The position numbers were made by a program, and so were the translations under genes. Below, in pieces: positions 1 through 13,350 of a stretch of DNA of 64,000 nucleotides (within the stretch, counting starts at the first letter, position 1; every line of letters starts with the position of its first letter). Origin of the DNA: Basidiobolus meristosporus CBS 931.73. Taxonomy: Eukaryota; Fungi; Basidiobolomycota. The DNA is taken from the NCBI GenBank assembly GCA_002104905.1, contig MCFE01000013.1:196742-260741 (forward strand), read 5' to 3'. A model generated the notes under the pieces. It saw only the letters and a list, made by a program, of their open reading frames with translations, was not told the origin of the DNA and ran no database searches.

Positions 1-788
1 GGGGCAATAGCAAATCAATGCACACAAATGTAGGAGGTGATAGAGAGTCTTGGATCAGAAAGTGAGAAAATTGGCAAAGAACCAATTAAAAGCCACTTAT
101 GCATTTTTGTGATGAAAAAGTCTGATGTTTCATTGCCTCTTGTTTGAATTTTCCAGCCTTGCTTGTAACAGGCTTTGAGAAAGCCGTGGGTTTTTATCAC
201 TGTCAAGCCCTTCATTGCTACTGTGACTGAGTGCTTCTTGTATTGGACTACATTTTCTCCTTGATAAATGTTGCACTGATGTGTTTGTTTTTACCTGCCT
301 GTCCCTTACTGGCACTCCTCTGGCTACCTGATATTTCTTTGCCACCTGCTTGGAGCTTTCAGCCCTGCTTGTGACAGCTCTTTAGGAAGCCACTGGTTTT
401 AGCCGTAGCGCTGTTGTTCTTCTGCCTTTGATAGTTTCTGCTATTCTTGAGATGCTTTCAAGCCATTTCAATGCCAGCCCAGAATCCCTTTGCTTGCTAG
501 AGCCCAGGATAATGCCCATGGAGCAGGTCAAGCACTTTCTGCTTGGGCTCAAGTTCCCAATGGTCTCATGGTATGCTGGCCTTAAGGTGATGCTGTGCTG
601 GACTTCTAACAGCCCCTTGAATATTAGCCCACTCTTCATCATTGCACTCAATGGCTTCACAGATCCTCACTGTCTTCTAATCTCTAGGCTTGGGCATAAA
701 CACAACAGTCTCTCCCTCCCATGCTGTAATAAGTCTTTCTGTGGGTTTTATCATTGGGTACTATTGTTGTGTTTTAAAGACAATATGG
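1..788 (-). pseudogene. Fragment of CACTA accessory ORF (ORF-A), cut at 789 by an LTR-A element
   Basis: Reverse complement aligns by eye to about 44360-45160 plus about 45920-46020 (helical domain and 69-aa repeat). ORFs 130..345 and 382..660 translate to homologous peptides. Confidence 0.85.
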
Positions 789-1592
789 TGCGGTAGGGTA
801 AACATACCTCCCACAGACAAGTTGATTCATATAGTCATTATGATATACTTATCCATATTTTATCTTATCAGTATTATCCCATTCTTCTTTTGCCCATATT
901 ATCAGTATTATCCCCATATGATGTTTACCCTGATTAGTTATTATCATTAGTTATCCCAGATGTTATTCAGCTTTGTGATCAGTAGATGTATCTATATAAG
1001 GCAAGTACCCGCGTCAGTACCCGTGACACATGACCTAGGTCTGTGTTACCATCCCTACCATTTCAATACCATATATGGTATTTCTATGTTGCACAGGTCT
1101 CAGACTACTGATTCCTGATTGGTTGAGAGTGCTGTGCCTTTTAGAACCTTCCAGGACATTCTTGGCATATTTTTAGCTCATAGTGATGTCATCAAGAATT
1201 CCACTGATGCCTAGAATCTTCTAGAACCTTGTCATTAGTAATCACTTGGCAATCAGGAAAAGTATTTAAGGGAAAGCAATCCCTCATCAATAAATCATCC
1301 CTTCTATCAGTAACACTTCTACCTTATTGATTAGCAGTTGATCACTGCATCTGCCTTCAACAGTACATCTCAGACCTGCCATCAAGGAGCTTTTCAGGGT
1401 AGTGCACAAGACACACAGAGGCCTTTGGAGACACTTGGAGCACCTAGGAAGCTAGAGAAGCAGGAGCTTTTACCATAGAGACATACTGACAGAGACACCA
1501 GCAGTTTAGACCCAGAGGTCATTGCACCCATCAGACACCTCACACACCTTGAGTTGTGTAGCTTCTCCCAGGAGTACCTCTACACCACCACA
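789..1592 (+). repeat. 5' LTR of Ty3/gypsy family A (short variant, ~804 bp)
   Basis: Starts TGCGGTAGGG and ends TACACCACCACA like the other LTR-A copies. Core 990-1340 is homologous to them. Directly followed by a PBS and gag. Confidence 0.85.
1066..1081. promoter_or_regulatory. CArG box (CC[A/T]6GG) inside a 16-bp palindrome in LTR-A; also at 10980, 22999, 41397 and 48476
   Basis: ATACCATATATGGTAT. The 10-bp consensus is intact in 5 of 6 LTR-A copies. Function is inferred. Confidence 0.55.
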
Positions 1593-1596
1593 TATT

Positions 1597-1614
1597 TGGC
1601 ACCCAACATGGGGG
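1597..1614 (+). promoter_or_regulatory. Primer-binding site, tRNA-Lys(CUU)-type
   Basis: TGGCACCCAACATGGGGG lies 4 nt after the LTR. The canonical Lys1,2 PBS TGGCGCCCAACGTGGGGC differs at two CpG>CpA sites and the last base. Confidence 0.8.
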
Positions 1615-1666
1615 GTTTGACTGAACTGCCCCTAGAAGACTTAAGAAAGAACAAATTATCAAGACC

Positions 1667-2818
1667 ATGGATCTACCTTTATCAGGAATGCAAGGAACTC
1701 CTTTCTTTGATGGAACTAAAGTTAAAGCTTTCATCAAGAGGTGGGAGCTTTTCTGCAGAGCCCACAAAATACCTGAGGCCATTATGGCTGAAGAGATGCC
1801 CCCCTACAGCACTGATGAGATCATGCTCTCATTATATGAAAGAAATGATCTGCTGACAAATTGGACCCTCTTGAAGAGCTACTTGATTGATGAATATGGA
1901 GAGAGACAAGTTGACTACACACTTCAAGACTTGGAGAACTTTGCTTATAGCAAGTTTAAGCTGCTACCATTGAAAGAATACTTGAGTGGCCTTGAGCAAA
2001 TTGGAGAGTCACTGAAAGCCCAAGGCATTATCACTGATCTGACTTTATCTGCCTATCTGCTCAGAGCACTACCAGAAGGCCTGGTGAGAAGGATTGAAAA
2101 CAATCCTACTGTGAAAGCAATGAGTTCACTGCCTGCATTTCAGTTAGCTAAGCAGATTCTACTTGCCCCTGAAGAAACCTCACCAATCAGAAAGCTTCTT
2201 TCAAGCCCAGAACAAAACCAAGATAGCCAACACATACTTAATCCCAGCAATCAAAGCACCCAAATTCAGGAGCTGACACAGCAACTAGAGAAACTCTCTT
2301 TGCTACTTTCCAGCAAAGCTTATGGTCAGAAGCCAGTAAAGAGAGTAGTCAAATATACATGCATGTGGTGTGACTCTGCCAACTATTCCAAGAGAAATTG
2401 GCAAGAGCTTCAGTCATTACTATCCACAGGTGATGTCCTATATAGTCCTCAGGGATACATAGTCAGTAAGCATGGTGACAAATTATCCACAGCATTTGGA
2501 CAAGGAGGAATGAGAGTTCACTACAAGCAAGTCACCTCTCATACAAGAAAGGTTCACCTCCATGAAGAAGAAGATCCTGACTACTTTGATCCAGCTGAAG
2601 TTCTGAACTTTGACTATGAGGACCCCAGAGAGGCCCAAGATCATATAGCTTCAATTTATGCTTCAAAGAGACACCATTCTGAAAAAATGGCTAATCCAGG
2701 CCCACCAACAAAAGTACCAAGATGTGAGCCAGAAGTTGTGATTGAGAAGAAAGCATCACCCCCATTAATTTACAAGAGTCTACCAAGGCCAACAACTACC
2801 ACATGCAGCCTAGAGTAA
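1667..2818 (+). CDS. gag: Ty3/gypsy family A Gag-like protein (383 aa open), degenerate zinc knuckle
   Basis: Follows LTR+PBS. PFFDG..VKAFIKRWE start and CMWCDSANYSKRNW (decayed CX2CX4HX4C). Confidence 0.75.
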   Translation: MDLPLSGMQGTPFFDGTKVKAFIKRWELFCRAHKIPEAIMAEEMPPYSTDEIMLSLYERNDLLTNWTLLKSYLIDEYGERQVDYTLQDLENFAYSKFKLLPLKEYLSGLEQIGESLKAQGIITDLTLSAYLLRALPEGLVRRIENNPTVKAMSSLPAFQLAKQILLAPEETSPIRKLLSSPEQNQDSQHILNPSNQSTQIQELTQQLEKLSLLLSSKAYGQKPVKRVVKYTCMWCDSANYSKRNWQELQSLLSTGDVLYSPQGYIVSKHGDKLSTAFGQGGMRVHYKQVTSHTRKVHLHEEEDPDYFDPAEVLNFDYEDPREAQDHIASIYASKRHHSEKMANPGPPTKVPRCEPEVVIEKKASPPLIYKSLPRPTTTTCSLE

Positions 2819-3105
2819 AGCAAAATGGTATCCCAGAGGCTCTGACAAGTCATATACTAGGAAGCAACATATCAATCAAGGTTGGAGAGCTACTCAGTGT
2901 ATCACCATCTGTAAGAAAGACTCTGGATGAGCATATCAGAATAAGAAAGCATCCAATTGAATCAACTCAAGGCAACCAGGTCAGGACAGTTCAAGGAAGC
3001 CAAAATATCAGTAAGCTGCATCAAAGCCAGAAACACTACTACTCAGTGGCAACTGCAACAACTACAGGAACTGTGCATAATCAAGAAATTCTATGCATGA
3101 TGGGG
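2803..3105 (+). pseudogene. Continuation of family A polyprotein up to the start of the aspartic protease, truncated
   Basis: ILGSNISIKVGELLSVSPSVRK...YYSVATATTTGTVHNQEILCM resembles the pre-protease region of fungal Ty3 elements. Replaced by CACTA sequence near 3110. Confidence 0.55.
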
Positions 3106-3119
3106 GGTAGGATGGGGGT

Positions 3120-4470
3120 ATCACAATAAAAAGCATAAAGTTGAGGTGATAGAAGTGTGTCAATTGCAGCAGGTGTGCACATATGCAGAGGTTGGTTAGC
3201 AGGAGGCCATAGTTTTTTTTGATATAAATTATATGAGGAACTCCTACAAAAGTAGTAGACTTGTTTTGTTGGATAGTGCCATATTAAGCCATGAGTGCCA
3301 AATAGTGCCATTGTGTGCCTGAGAGGCATAGCAGACCTAAGCTTGGGAATGAAGTGTGAAACAAAGCTCTGCATCTTCATGCAAAGTAGCCCCTGTGTTT
3401 CACCCATCATGCTGGAGAATATCCATTTTTTGGCCTTTTTTTTGAATCAATGTTGTGCAGGATGTGTAAGAGCACAGAAGGACTGAAGATGTACATCTGG
3501 TACTTAACACCCATGGCACTTGAAATCCAGCCCCTGCGGCTCATATCATGTCACAAAAATGCTGGGTAGTAGCTTGGTCCATTAGTACTCTCTGGCACTA
3601 TATTTAATTAGTGGCCCTAAAGTAAAACCTATACAAAGCACTTATTGTGCTGGATAGTACCAGTGGACCAAGATAGTGCCATGCACTTTTGCAACATGAT
3701 ACAAGCCACAGGAGCTGGATTCCAAGTGTCATGTGTATTAGGTACCAGATGTACCTCTTCAGTTCTTCTGTGCTCTTACACATCCTGTACAACATTGATC
3801 CAAAAAAAGGTCAAAAAATGGATTTTCTCCAGCACAATGGGTGAAACACAGGGGCAGCTTTGCATGAAGATAAAGAGCTATGTTTCACACTCTGTGGCCA
3901 AGCATAGGCTCACTTGGCCTCCCTGGCACACCATGGCATCATTTGGCACCCATGGCTCCATGTGCACTATGTAATGGAATGAATCTATTGGGTAAGCAAA
4001 TAAATAGGGGTGATTCTACCATGGACTACACAATTGGTGCAAGGGGGGTAGAAAAAGAAAACACCTTTTGGTAAATTGGTATGGCAGCATAATATGGCAC
4101 TAGCTGTAGGCCACTGTATTGCCAATATAATTCTGGCAGAGGTGAGAAATGAGGCCATCAAATCACTGTCAAGTTTTTACTACATCAGGCAATTGGATAT
4201 ATTAGCTTGCTAGGTCCACCTGAATAAATCTAGAGTGCATTAAGACTGTTGAAATGCTATGCAGGTACTTGTTAAAAGACCACCAAAACACAGTCAGGTT
4301 TTATACTTTATTTGCCAGTAAATTCAGCAAAATGCCATTACAATCCCATCATAAGATTGTGTGGAGGGTCAATAATTTCAAGCTGTTGGCATTTTGACCA
4401 ACTCATGGCAGCATCCTGACAGATGATCCAGATTGGATCCACCTACAGGACTAGACAATTTTTCATTGGT
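3120..4470 (+). mobile_element. CACTA 3' fragment (transposase tail to terminus), interrupted by a MITE
   Basis: Homologous to 12070-12680, 16100-16686 and the reverse complement of 35230-35780. Ends in a degenerate terminus AATTTTTCATTGG. Confidence 0.8.
3257..3986. mobile_element. Foldback MITE (730 bp), non-autonomous Harbinger-like derivative
   Basis: Two ~345-bp inverted arms around a ~40-bp spacer. Ends AGACTTG/GAATCT with flanks AGT/ATT. Collinear with 37711-38441. Confidence 0.85.
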
Positions 4471-6055
4471 TCCCTGAGGTATCCAGTTGTGCTAGATTAA
4501 TGAGTAGTGCCCAAACATTTGTATGAAGGCTCATCATCAACACCTGTACCATACTGAAATCATTTGGCAAGAACTTAAGCCAATCTGACATTGTCTTCTC
4601 CAGTCCAGACTGTGCTAATGAGCTGGGGGATGAGTTTTGTATGAGTTATACTGAAGATAAATTGGGACTTGGTATAGGGACCATAGTGACAGATATGGAT
4701 ACTTTTACAGTGATACATTGGCATTAACCTGGGCTTACAGGAGATCTATATTAAAACGAATGTGATTGTTGAACTTCCCATATATTATGCATGATGCATC
4801 TTGGATCACATTGACACAGATCAGATCACATCAGTTGCAGATTTCCTATTTGATAATAGACTTGCTAGTAAATCATCAATAAAATAATCAAGTCATTGTT
4901 TGAGAACAATATTTGCAACATAATGATGAGAGACATGGCAATTAATGGAGATTAATCATAATTGATGGAAAATTAGATAAATTGGACTGATTGTGCCAAA
5001 TCAGCTTAAATTGCACCTGTTTGATCACTCACCAATCTTAATATGACTTCCTCATCTATATTTTCATTTCTCATTGGTCCCACCACTACCAGTGGATTTC
5101 CTTTTGACATGTTAGAGGAGATCCATACCAAGTACTGTGGCCCATCTATCCCATTATACTCAAGGAGATCCCCTGTTAAGCATCTCTGCTATTACAAGAA
5201 CTATTGCCCTGTAAGGTTCCAACCCATTATCCATGGCAACAAAAGTCCTAGAAGGTTCATTCTCAGCTGACAGCAATGGAGAGACACCTTGCAAAGGGTA
5301 TGAATGATTTAGTTTTGAATATTGAGAAGCTCCAATTGACTTCCATATCCCAGAGTGTTCAGTAATAGGTTATATATCAATAGTGTCTTAGATATATTCC
5401 CAGTTAGGACTAATAGACCTTCCAGAGGGTAGAGGCACTTTTATTCTGGCAAATACAAAGCATATGGTATGAAGTTCAAAGCACTCTCTGACATTGGGGT
5501 AACATCATCTAATTTGGTGGGTCATTTGCTGGAAGTGAGCATAACAAAACACTCAGGATAGAGAAGCATCTAGAATTCAGTAAAGGGGAGAAATGTATGG
5601 CAGACTTAGCTTTTATAGGGGAGGATTGTCAGAGATTAGGATATATTACAGCCTATAGCAAGCCAAGATATGGTGTGCCTAGCAGGAAACAGAAGCTCTA
5701 CAATGAGATATTCAATCATTAAAGAGTGAGAGTAGAGTATACATATGGATATCTGTAGAGATTCAGCAATTTTGCAAGTGAATACAGAGGAAAGTCATAT
5801 CCAGGAGAGAGCAGCAGAATAGGTAAATTACCTAAAATACTTATAAATGCATGATATACTCCTACAAGACAACATTCAATGAGAGGAATGTGTTTGGAGC
5901 ATCATAGAAAGTAGTAAAGCAAGAAAAAAACTATTCTGAGCAACATAAGTAAGACTGGACAAAGCCACCAGTAGCTATATCCTACCGCTGGCATGATGGT
6001 AGAAATTATAGTGCCAGATGGTGCCGCCAGATCAATCTGGCACTATTTAACAGGA
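4471..6055 (+). mobile_element. Decayed Harbinger-like copy: ORF2 5' end (minus), intergenic region, transposase (plus, ~5043-5900) and subterminal region
   Basis: Reverse-complement match to about 37480-39820. ORF 5043..5270 matches the N-terminus of 38764..39249. Confidence 0.85.
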
Positions 6056-6870
6056 CAAGCCAATTATTATTATCCAAACACCAACACTAAGAGCATCATC
6101 TTGCCAAGAAGATAATGTACAGAAGTCAGCATGCAGTTGCAGCAAAGTTGGCAAGCTATAGCCCATTGGTTGGAATATGGAATCAATTGGAAATGTGAGA
6201 TATTTGAAATAGTGGGTACCAGTTAGAGTAAAAGCTTTCCACAGTAAGCAATGCATTTGCTTTCAAAAGTATCCCTATATAAGCCATCAAGTTGAACTTA
6301 TGGCATTTCAAGCTAAATGAGCCCTTCAAGATACTGGAGAAACTTGAAATTTGGCAATATTGTGCATAGTATCCGCAACTCAAAGTACTACTTATAGACT
6401 CCCATCAACATTCATATGCATATATAGCAATCAAATGCTAGGACTTGATGAACTGGACATGCATTTATTCACATGGCCTTCTGAAGCCATCTCTACTAAG
6501 AGTACATTGGAAGCATTGGGAGTCATATATGGACATTGTAGGAGTACTTATCCAGAAGTGGGCAACCAATGCCAACCTGAGACATCTGCAGATTTTATGC
6601 ATGGAAACTGTCATTGGATTTGAGGGACTATTCTACAATCATAAAGCTAAATGCATAGATCTCTGCCACAATATCATGCATTCTCCACTCCATCTTGCTG
6701 GGTGTGTGGAGAATATTGGGCCTTGCTTTATCTTCTGGAGTTTCCAATAGTGTGGATATGCGGAGAGATAGGAAGACAAGTCAAGTTGCAGGTATTAGCT
6801 TATCCCAATCTCATCCAGAATATAACCTACAAGTTAATCATGGATGTGATGAGTTGGCACATAGAGGGTA

Positions 6871-9800
6871 CTCTATGAAAAGTTATTGTGATGATCCTGT
6901 CAAAAGGCCATCACAAATTTAAAGTCCCTTTACTAAGAGGTACTGATCCTGTCAGGACACCATCTGAAGACTGTATAAAAATAATTGCACCCCAGATATC
7001 ACAAAAACTTGGTCAAGATTTCTCATCACAGCAATATATAAGTGGCTTTTGATTGGCTCCCTGCCAATTTGCTCACCTTGTGATCCCAGACACTCTAGCA
7101 CCTTCTACATTTGTGTCAATTGATTGGCTAATGCCTCTTTTCACACTCCTTACTTCCTGACTCAGCCATTTCTCTTACTTCTCATGTGTACAAATTGATT
7201 TATTTCCATAGAAGCTTTAGTTGTGCCTCAGTTGCCAAGTGTATTGACTTATATAAGTCCCTACACCCTACACTAACTTTAAGACTAACTCCACACTCAG
7301 CAAGTAACTCCATCAAAGTCCACCACTCAATAAGTATTTCTGCTGTAATGCCCTGGTTCCACAACTTTTGCAGGAACCCAATGACTTTATGCTACTGTTC
7401 ATTCACTGGTTCCCACACATTGTGGTCTTTGGCCTGCATGGCAAGGTCCAGCATGTCATCTGCCAGTCCTTGCAGTAAATCCTTGCAATATTCAAGTGCA
7501 TCTTCTTAAGCACTGCTCTCAAAGAAGTGCTGCAACCCCTTGGCATGGCTATTAATGTTCCAAAATTCCACTGAAGGCATCATCATAGTCTTTCAAGTTC
7601 TTGACAATGTTGACTTGTCAGTCAGTGGGATTTCCACTCTGTCCACAATGGAGGACATGGATGCTGTGGTGGATGCATTGCCTTTTTCTGCAAACTCATC
7701 TACCTCACAGGACTGTAGCTCAACTGGCTGTGCTTACAACTCTTGTGAATGCAGCTGCTTTCTTGTTGGTAACTATTCTTGGCTATGATGGGATTCACTC
7801 TGTTCTAGGCTTGTGGCATTAATTGGCAAGAAATACATATTTTTTGCATGCTTCCTATCTCTGGCATGGGTAGACATTTCTCCCTTTGCTTTTCCTTTAT
7901 CACTGCCAGGTCTTTCACTGCTACATTGTTCAAGTACTTCTTGTAATGAACTACATGATAAATTCTGCACTGATGCATCTGTTTTGGCCTGCTTGTCCCT
8001 TGCTGGCACTATTCTGGCAGCCTGATGTTTTTTTTCCCCTTGTTTTCAGCTCTCAACCATAGTTGTGATGGGCTCCTGTAAAAGCCACTGATATTGATCA
8101 CTGCCAGGTCTTCCACTGCTACTTACAGGTCTTCAACTGAGGGTACTGTGCTTGCTACATCTTTATCTGCCTGAACATAATGGTCAGCTTGCGGCTCCGC
8201 AGAGGTTCTCAATTGCCTACTTGACTGACAGCCTGAGGAGTCCACATTATTACCTTCAGTGGGCCCATTGTCAACATGGTCTTTTTTAGATGTAGCCCTG
8301 CTTTTTGCACAGAATGCCAAAGCAATCTGTTGTCTAACTGTTTGTCTGCTGCAGTCAGCAGTGGGGCTTGGTTGGGAGCCAGACAACTTTGCTTTATTTT
8401 TTGGTGGCATATAAATGGAAGTGAGCCAAACCAAAGGGGAAATAGTGTCACATATACATATGTATATGATGCTGCAACTTTATTTATAATGCTTACTAAG
8501 GAGGGTAATTATTGAATCTTATATTCATGTAGGTGCAATGTCTCAAATACAAGATTATCTTGAATTTGCATGAGTTTTGACCAAAAAGTGATATAATAGT
8601 GTTAAGCTGTTGAAGGTCAACTTTTTGCCCCATAGACAAGACTACTTTGATTCAACACTGTAAGAGAAGAGAAAAAAGACCATGTGGCTATTGTACCAAG
8701 CCACTCAATTGTTAAGCATGCAGACAGCATAGGAATTTTATCAATAATCATGGTCAGTGTTTTGCCAAACATATCCTAATTGATCATTTACCAGTCACTA
8801 ATGTACCAAAATTATCTTGCCAGCCAGTTGATGCTTAAATATCAGCACCTGGCCATCTTTATCACCATGCACAAGCTGAGTTTAGTGAGTTTGTGATGCC
8901 TGTAAGCTCACCTCAGCCTTCTAAATATGGCCAGCCAAGTGATAGCTCTGACAAAGAAGGTTTGCTGATGGATTGTGAGCCTATCTCCCCTAACAACAGT
9001 ACCATGCATAAGCCTGGTCAAATCCCAATATGCAATGAGACAACACCTGTTGAAACAAATGCCAAGTGTATTTTATGGAGCCAAGTGAGCCCAGTAATCC
9101 ATCTACTAGTGAATGATGTAGTGTTGTGGCCAGAGAAGTGGCACATTTCCACTGATATCAGTAATGGGGGCTTTGAGGATTAATTGCTACTTCTTGCCAA
9201 AATCATTCCCAGATGCAACTTACCATTTACATGGTACAAGTGGACAACCACAATGTGGCTGGCAACATATGACCCAGACACTTTCCTGAATCCAGTATGT
9301 GTTGACAGTTGCATGGCATTCCCATCCAAAAAGCCGCCATTTCAGCATGTCCAAACTTTCAGTACTCTACCACCATTGTGGGAATACATTGTTCACACTC
9401 CAGATACATTCCAGTAATAACCTGTCTAAAGAAGCTAATGAAGTCCAACAAATATTGCAAAGCTATAGAGTACCACACTCAGTATCAATCAAGTGCAAAC
9501 ATACTCAATACATTCAATGGCAAACATTACAAATAGTTAAGAAGCATGGTCTACTTTGAATGTATGTATGATCAGGCCTTTGCCTTAGCACTTGATGGAT
9601 TCTCATTAAACAAGTACTCTACCAGCAAATCCTGCAGGCCACTGATTCTCATCTACCTGAATCTGCCACCCATCTTACAGTGTCAGTGCAAAGATTTAAT
9701 GATGGCCTCACAGGTATCTGGGTTGAAATCACCATCCAACCTGAATAGCTACCTGTATCCATTGCTAGATGAGTTTTGCATGCTTTCCAACAGGATAACA

Positions 9801-12682
9801 GTAAATGGCTGTCATGTAAGGGAACATACAGAAGTCAGCATGTAATTGCAGCAAAGTTGGCAGGCTATAAGCCATTGGCCAGAAAATGGAATCAATTAGA
9901 AACTGGAGACACTTAAGATATATGGTATCTAATGGAGCAAAAGCTTTCCACTGGGAGCATTTCATTTGCTTTTCAACAATATCCCTATACTGATGACCAA
10001 GTTGTACATGGGGCATTTCAAGCTAAATGAACCCTTTGAGATACCAGAAAGATTTGAAAGAATTGTCAAGATATTACAGAGTATCCTCCCCCAAGTACTT
10101 CTCTTGGGCTCCAAGCAATATATATATGCAGATACAACAATACAAATGCAAAGACTGGATGAACTGGATATGTACTTATTCAAGTGGCATTCTGAAGCTG
10201 CTGTGGTGGTGTACAGGTCCAAGGGAGAGATACATCCAACACTTCTCAAGTGTTTTGTGTGTGGGGTGTTCACTTGGTGCAGTAACCTCTAGCAAAAGCT
10301 TGCTAGGAATAGTTTGGTTCTGTCTCTAATCTAATGTGAATGGGAATAAAGCCACAAGCTTGTCAAGGGAAAACTATTGAGCAACAATCCCCATCTTAGC
10401 TGGTGTCTTAACAAAAGTATGTGTTGGGCTCAGTGTCCTTTGAGATGACAATGTACTAAAGCTTCCAAAGCCAAAACAATTGTAAACTCCACCGGCAGGG
10501 ACTTGATAAGAATGCAGCTGTGGTCAATAGTTATAAAGACAGAAAAGTACCTTTGCCAGTACAAGAACAAATTTGAGAAAGAATCAAATATAATCAAAGA
10601 TACCTACGCTGAGTATTCCTCACAAGTAGTGCCTCCAAGGTCAGTTGGCTGTCAGCACAGTTTCCTGGGAGTGTCATGTGGTCTGGGGTTGGAAGTTCAG
10701 GTAGCAGTAGGTAGCAGTGTTCAAACTAATCAACAAGTTGATATATTGATAAAAGGAATGATGATTTATTTTGGAGGGATTGCCTCCCTTATATACTTTT
10801 CTCACTAGCTAGGTGATTACTAATCATGGTGTTCCAGAAGGTTCCAGAGATTAATAGAAATCTTAATGACATCAGAATGAGCTAAGAGTATTCTAAGTAG
10901 GTGCTGCAAGGTTCTAAGAGACACAGAACATCCAACCAATCAGGAATCAGTAATCTGAAACCTGTGTAACATAGGGATACCATATATGGTATGGGAATGG
11001 TAGGGATGGTGACACAGGTTGATCATGTGTCACAGGTACTGGTGCAGGTACTTGCCTAATATAGAAGCACTTACTACTAGTAATCTTACATAAAGTGGAG
11101 GGTAACTTATGCAATAAGGTAAGCAGTTGTGATAGTCAAGTGGCTTATGGGATAGTACTGATCAGGTAAGACAAATGGGATAAAACTGAAATAAGTGTCG
11201 TAGAGAAATAGGGAAGTAGAAAATATGAGAATGACCACATTTGTCAGTGGGTGTCACTGTGACCCCACTACACCATTCCTACCAAGAGTACATTGCAAGC
11301 ATTGGGAGTCATTTGTGGACATTGTAGGAATATTTATCCAGAAATGAATCTCCAACGCCAACTTGATGCATCTATAGCTGATGTGTGAGGAGTTTGTAAC
11401 AGGATTTGAGCAGCTATAATACAAACATAAAGCTGAACATGTAGATCTCTGCTGCTGCTGTATCTATACTCTACTCAATCTTGCTGAAAGTGTAGAGATA
11501 TTGAGCCTTGTTTCACCATTTGGGAGTTTTCTATGGAGCAGATGTGTGGGGAGATAGGAAGACATGTCAAATTGCAGGGACTACCATATCCCAATCTCAT
11601 CAAGAATATAACCTTCAAGTCTGTCATGGATGTTATGAGTTGGTGCATGGAGGACAGCCAGGACAAGTCAGAAAATACTTAGAACAGATGTGCACATGGA
11701 GAAACCTATGCCTATGTCATTAAGAAGCTAAGCAGCCCCAAAAGATGGATAATCAGTCAAGTAATCCAAAGTTGGGTTGGGTGCAACATTCAATTAATTT
11801 TTATTAGGAGCTCTCTACCATTTTATGCTGGATTTCTTATGGCAACAAGCCAACTTCTACATCATTTAATATGTAATTTACACAAATAAGAGCCAGAGCG
11901 TACCTATAAGTGGGACTAGAATCTGGTTGGGAGAAGGAATATATTGGCTAAGTACCAAGAAGTTCTTTGCTGATATTCAGGAGGCATTCATGGCAGAAGT
12001 GGCAACAACCAAGCATATGTTTGCAAGATGTATATGTTACCAGCAGTACAAGGTATATGGCAACTTTGCAAGTATCACACTAAAAAGCCGTCAAGTTGAG
12101 GTTATAGTAGTTTGCCATTTGCAGCAGGTGTGCATGTTGGTAGAAGTTGGTAAGCAGGAGGCCATAGTGTTTTTTGATTCCAGCTGTATGTGGAATACCC
12201 AAGGTAGTAGAGGGTGAGCAAATAAAGAGGGGTGATTCTACAGTGGAATATATGAATTGCACAAGGGAAGGTAGAAAAAGAAAATACTATTTGGTAAATT
12301 GGTACGGTAGCTCATATTGAACCAACTGTAGGTTGCCATACTGTCTTAATAATGCCTTAAGATTCTTGCTGTGAGGCCACTGATAAACCATCAAGTTTTT
12401 TGCCATGTAAGGCAATTGGATGTCCTGGCTGGTTAGATCCATTTAAAATTGTTTTAGAGCACTACAAGACTACAAAAATGCCATTCAATTATTGTCACAG
12501 CACCAATCAAGCCCTGTCAAGTGGCATAACTTTGTTTGGCAGTAAAATCAGTAATATGCCATCATGATCCCATCATATGATTGTCAACAGAGTCACTATT
12601 TCCAAGCTGCTAGTATTATGACAGTCTCCAAGCAAAATCCTGACAGCTGATCAACAATGGTTCCTCCCACAGGACCAAAGGG
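6871..12682 (+). mobile_element. CACTA copy with both ends: ORF-A (minus, 6910-8434, internal deletion) and transposase (plus, ~8600-12300), containing a solo LTR-A
   Basis: Left terminus CTCTATGAAAAGTTATTG. Right terminus is eroded (...AAAGGG). 3-bp flanks GTA/ATA. Motifs ALDGFSLNKYS..WP..LNLPP and HSLL..GP..FPMEQMCGEIG. Confidence 0.8.
10202..11272 (-). repeat. Solo LTR-A inside CACTA transposase
   Basis: TGTGGTGGTG...CCCCACTACA, ~1071 bp, collinear with 40619-41689. Host flanks are collinear. The 4-bp TSD is decayed (CTGC/CCAT). Confidence 0.9.
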
Positions 12683-13350
12683 ATAGCCAGAAACAGTTGG
12701 AAAATACTAAGGACAGATGGGCACATGGAGAAACCTATGCCCTTTGCATAAAGAGGCTAGGCAGCCCCAGTGTGTGTATAATCAGTAGAGTAATGCAAAG
12801 TTGGGCTGGGTGCTACAGGTAAATGATTTTTGATAGGAAACTCTACCAAGGTACGCCAGATTTTTCTCCATCACAAGCCATTTTTCACACCATTCAGTAC
12901 AGAATTCACACAAGCAAGAGCCAAAGCACAGATATAAGGGGGACATGAATCCAGCAGGGAGAAGGAAAACTCTGGTACAACACAAAGAACTTCATTCCAT
13001 ATAGTCAGGAGGTATCCATTAGAAAAGTTGGCAGCAACCAAGCATATGCTTGCAAGATGTATGTGTCACCAGTAGTATAGCGTAAAAGACAACTTTGCAA
13101 GTATCACACCAAAAAGCCATAAAGTTGATGTAATAGAAATGTGTCAATCGCAGCAGGTGTGTGCATTTGAGGAGGTCAGTAAGCAGGAGGCCATAGTTTT
13201 TTTTGATACAAACTATGTGGAATATCCTAGGCTGTAGTGGGTAAGCAAATAAAGAAAGGTGATTCTACAATGGCAGTAGTTGATGGGCAATAAAGGGGAG
13301 GTAGAAAAAGGAAATACCATCTGGTATATTGGTACAATAGTCTCATACAG

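Larger units (their letters stand above)
6056..13350 (+). mobile_element. Host CACTA transposase remnant (6056-6870 and 12683-13350), split by a nested CACTA copy
   Basis: The flanks GCACATAGAGGGTA and ATAGCCAGAAACAGTTGG rejoin to the transposase sequence GCACATGGAGGACAGCCAGAAAGAGTTGG seen at 36190-36215 (minus). Confidence 0.75.

Noticed and set aside
2750-2820. Programmed -1 frameshift between gag and pol of family A
   Set aside because: The overlap is -1, but I see no X XXY YYZ slippery heptamer. An indel in the C-run near 2758-2763 is simpler.
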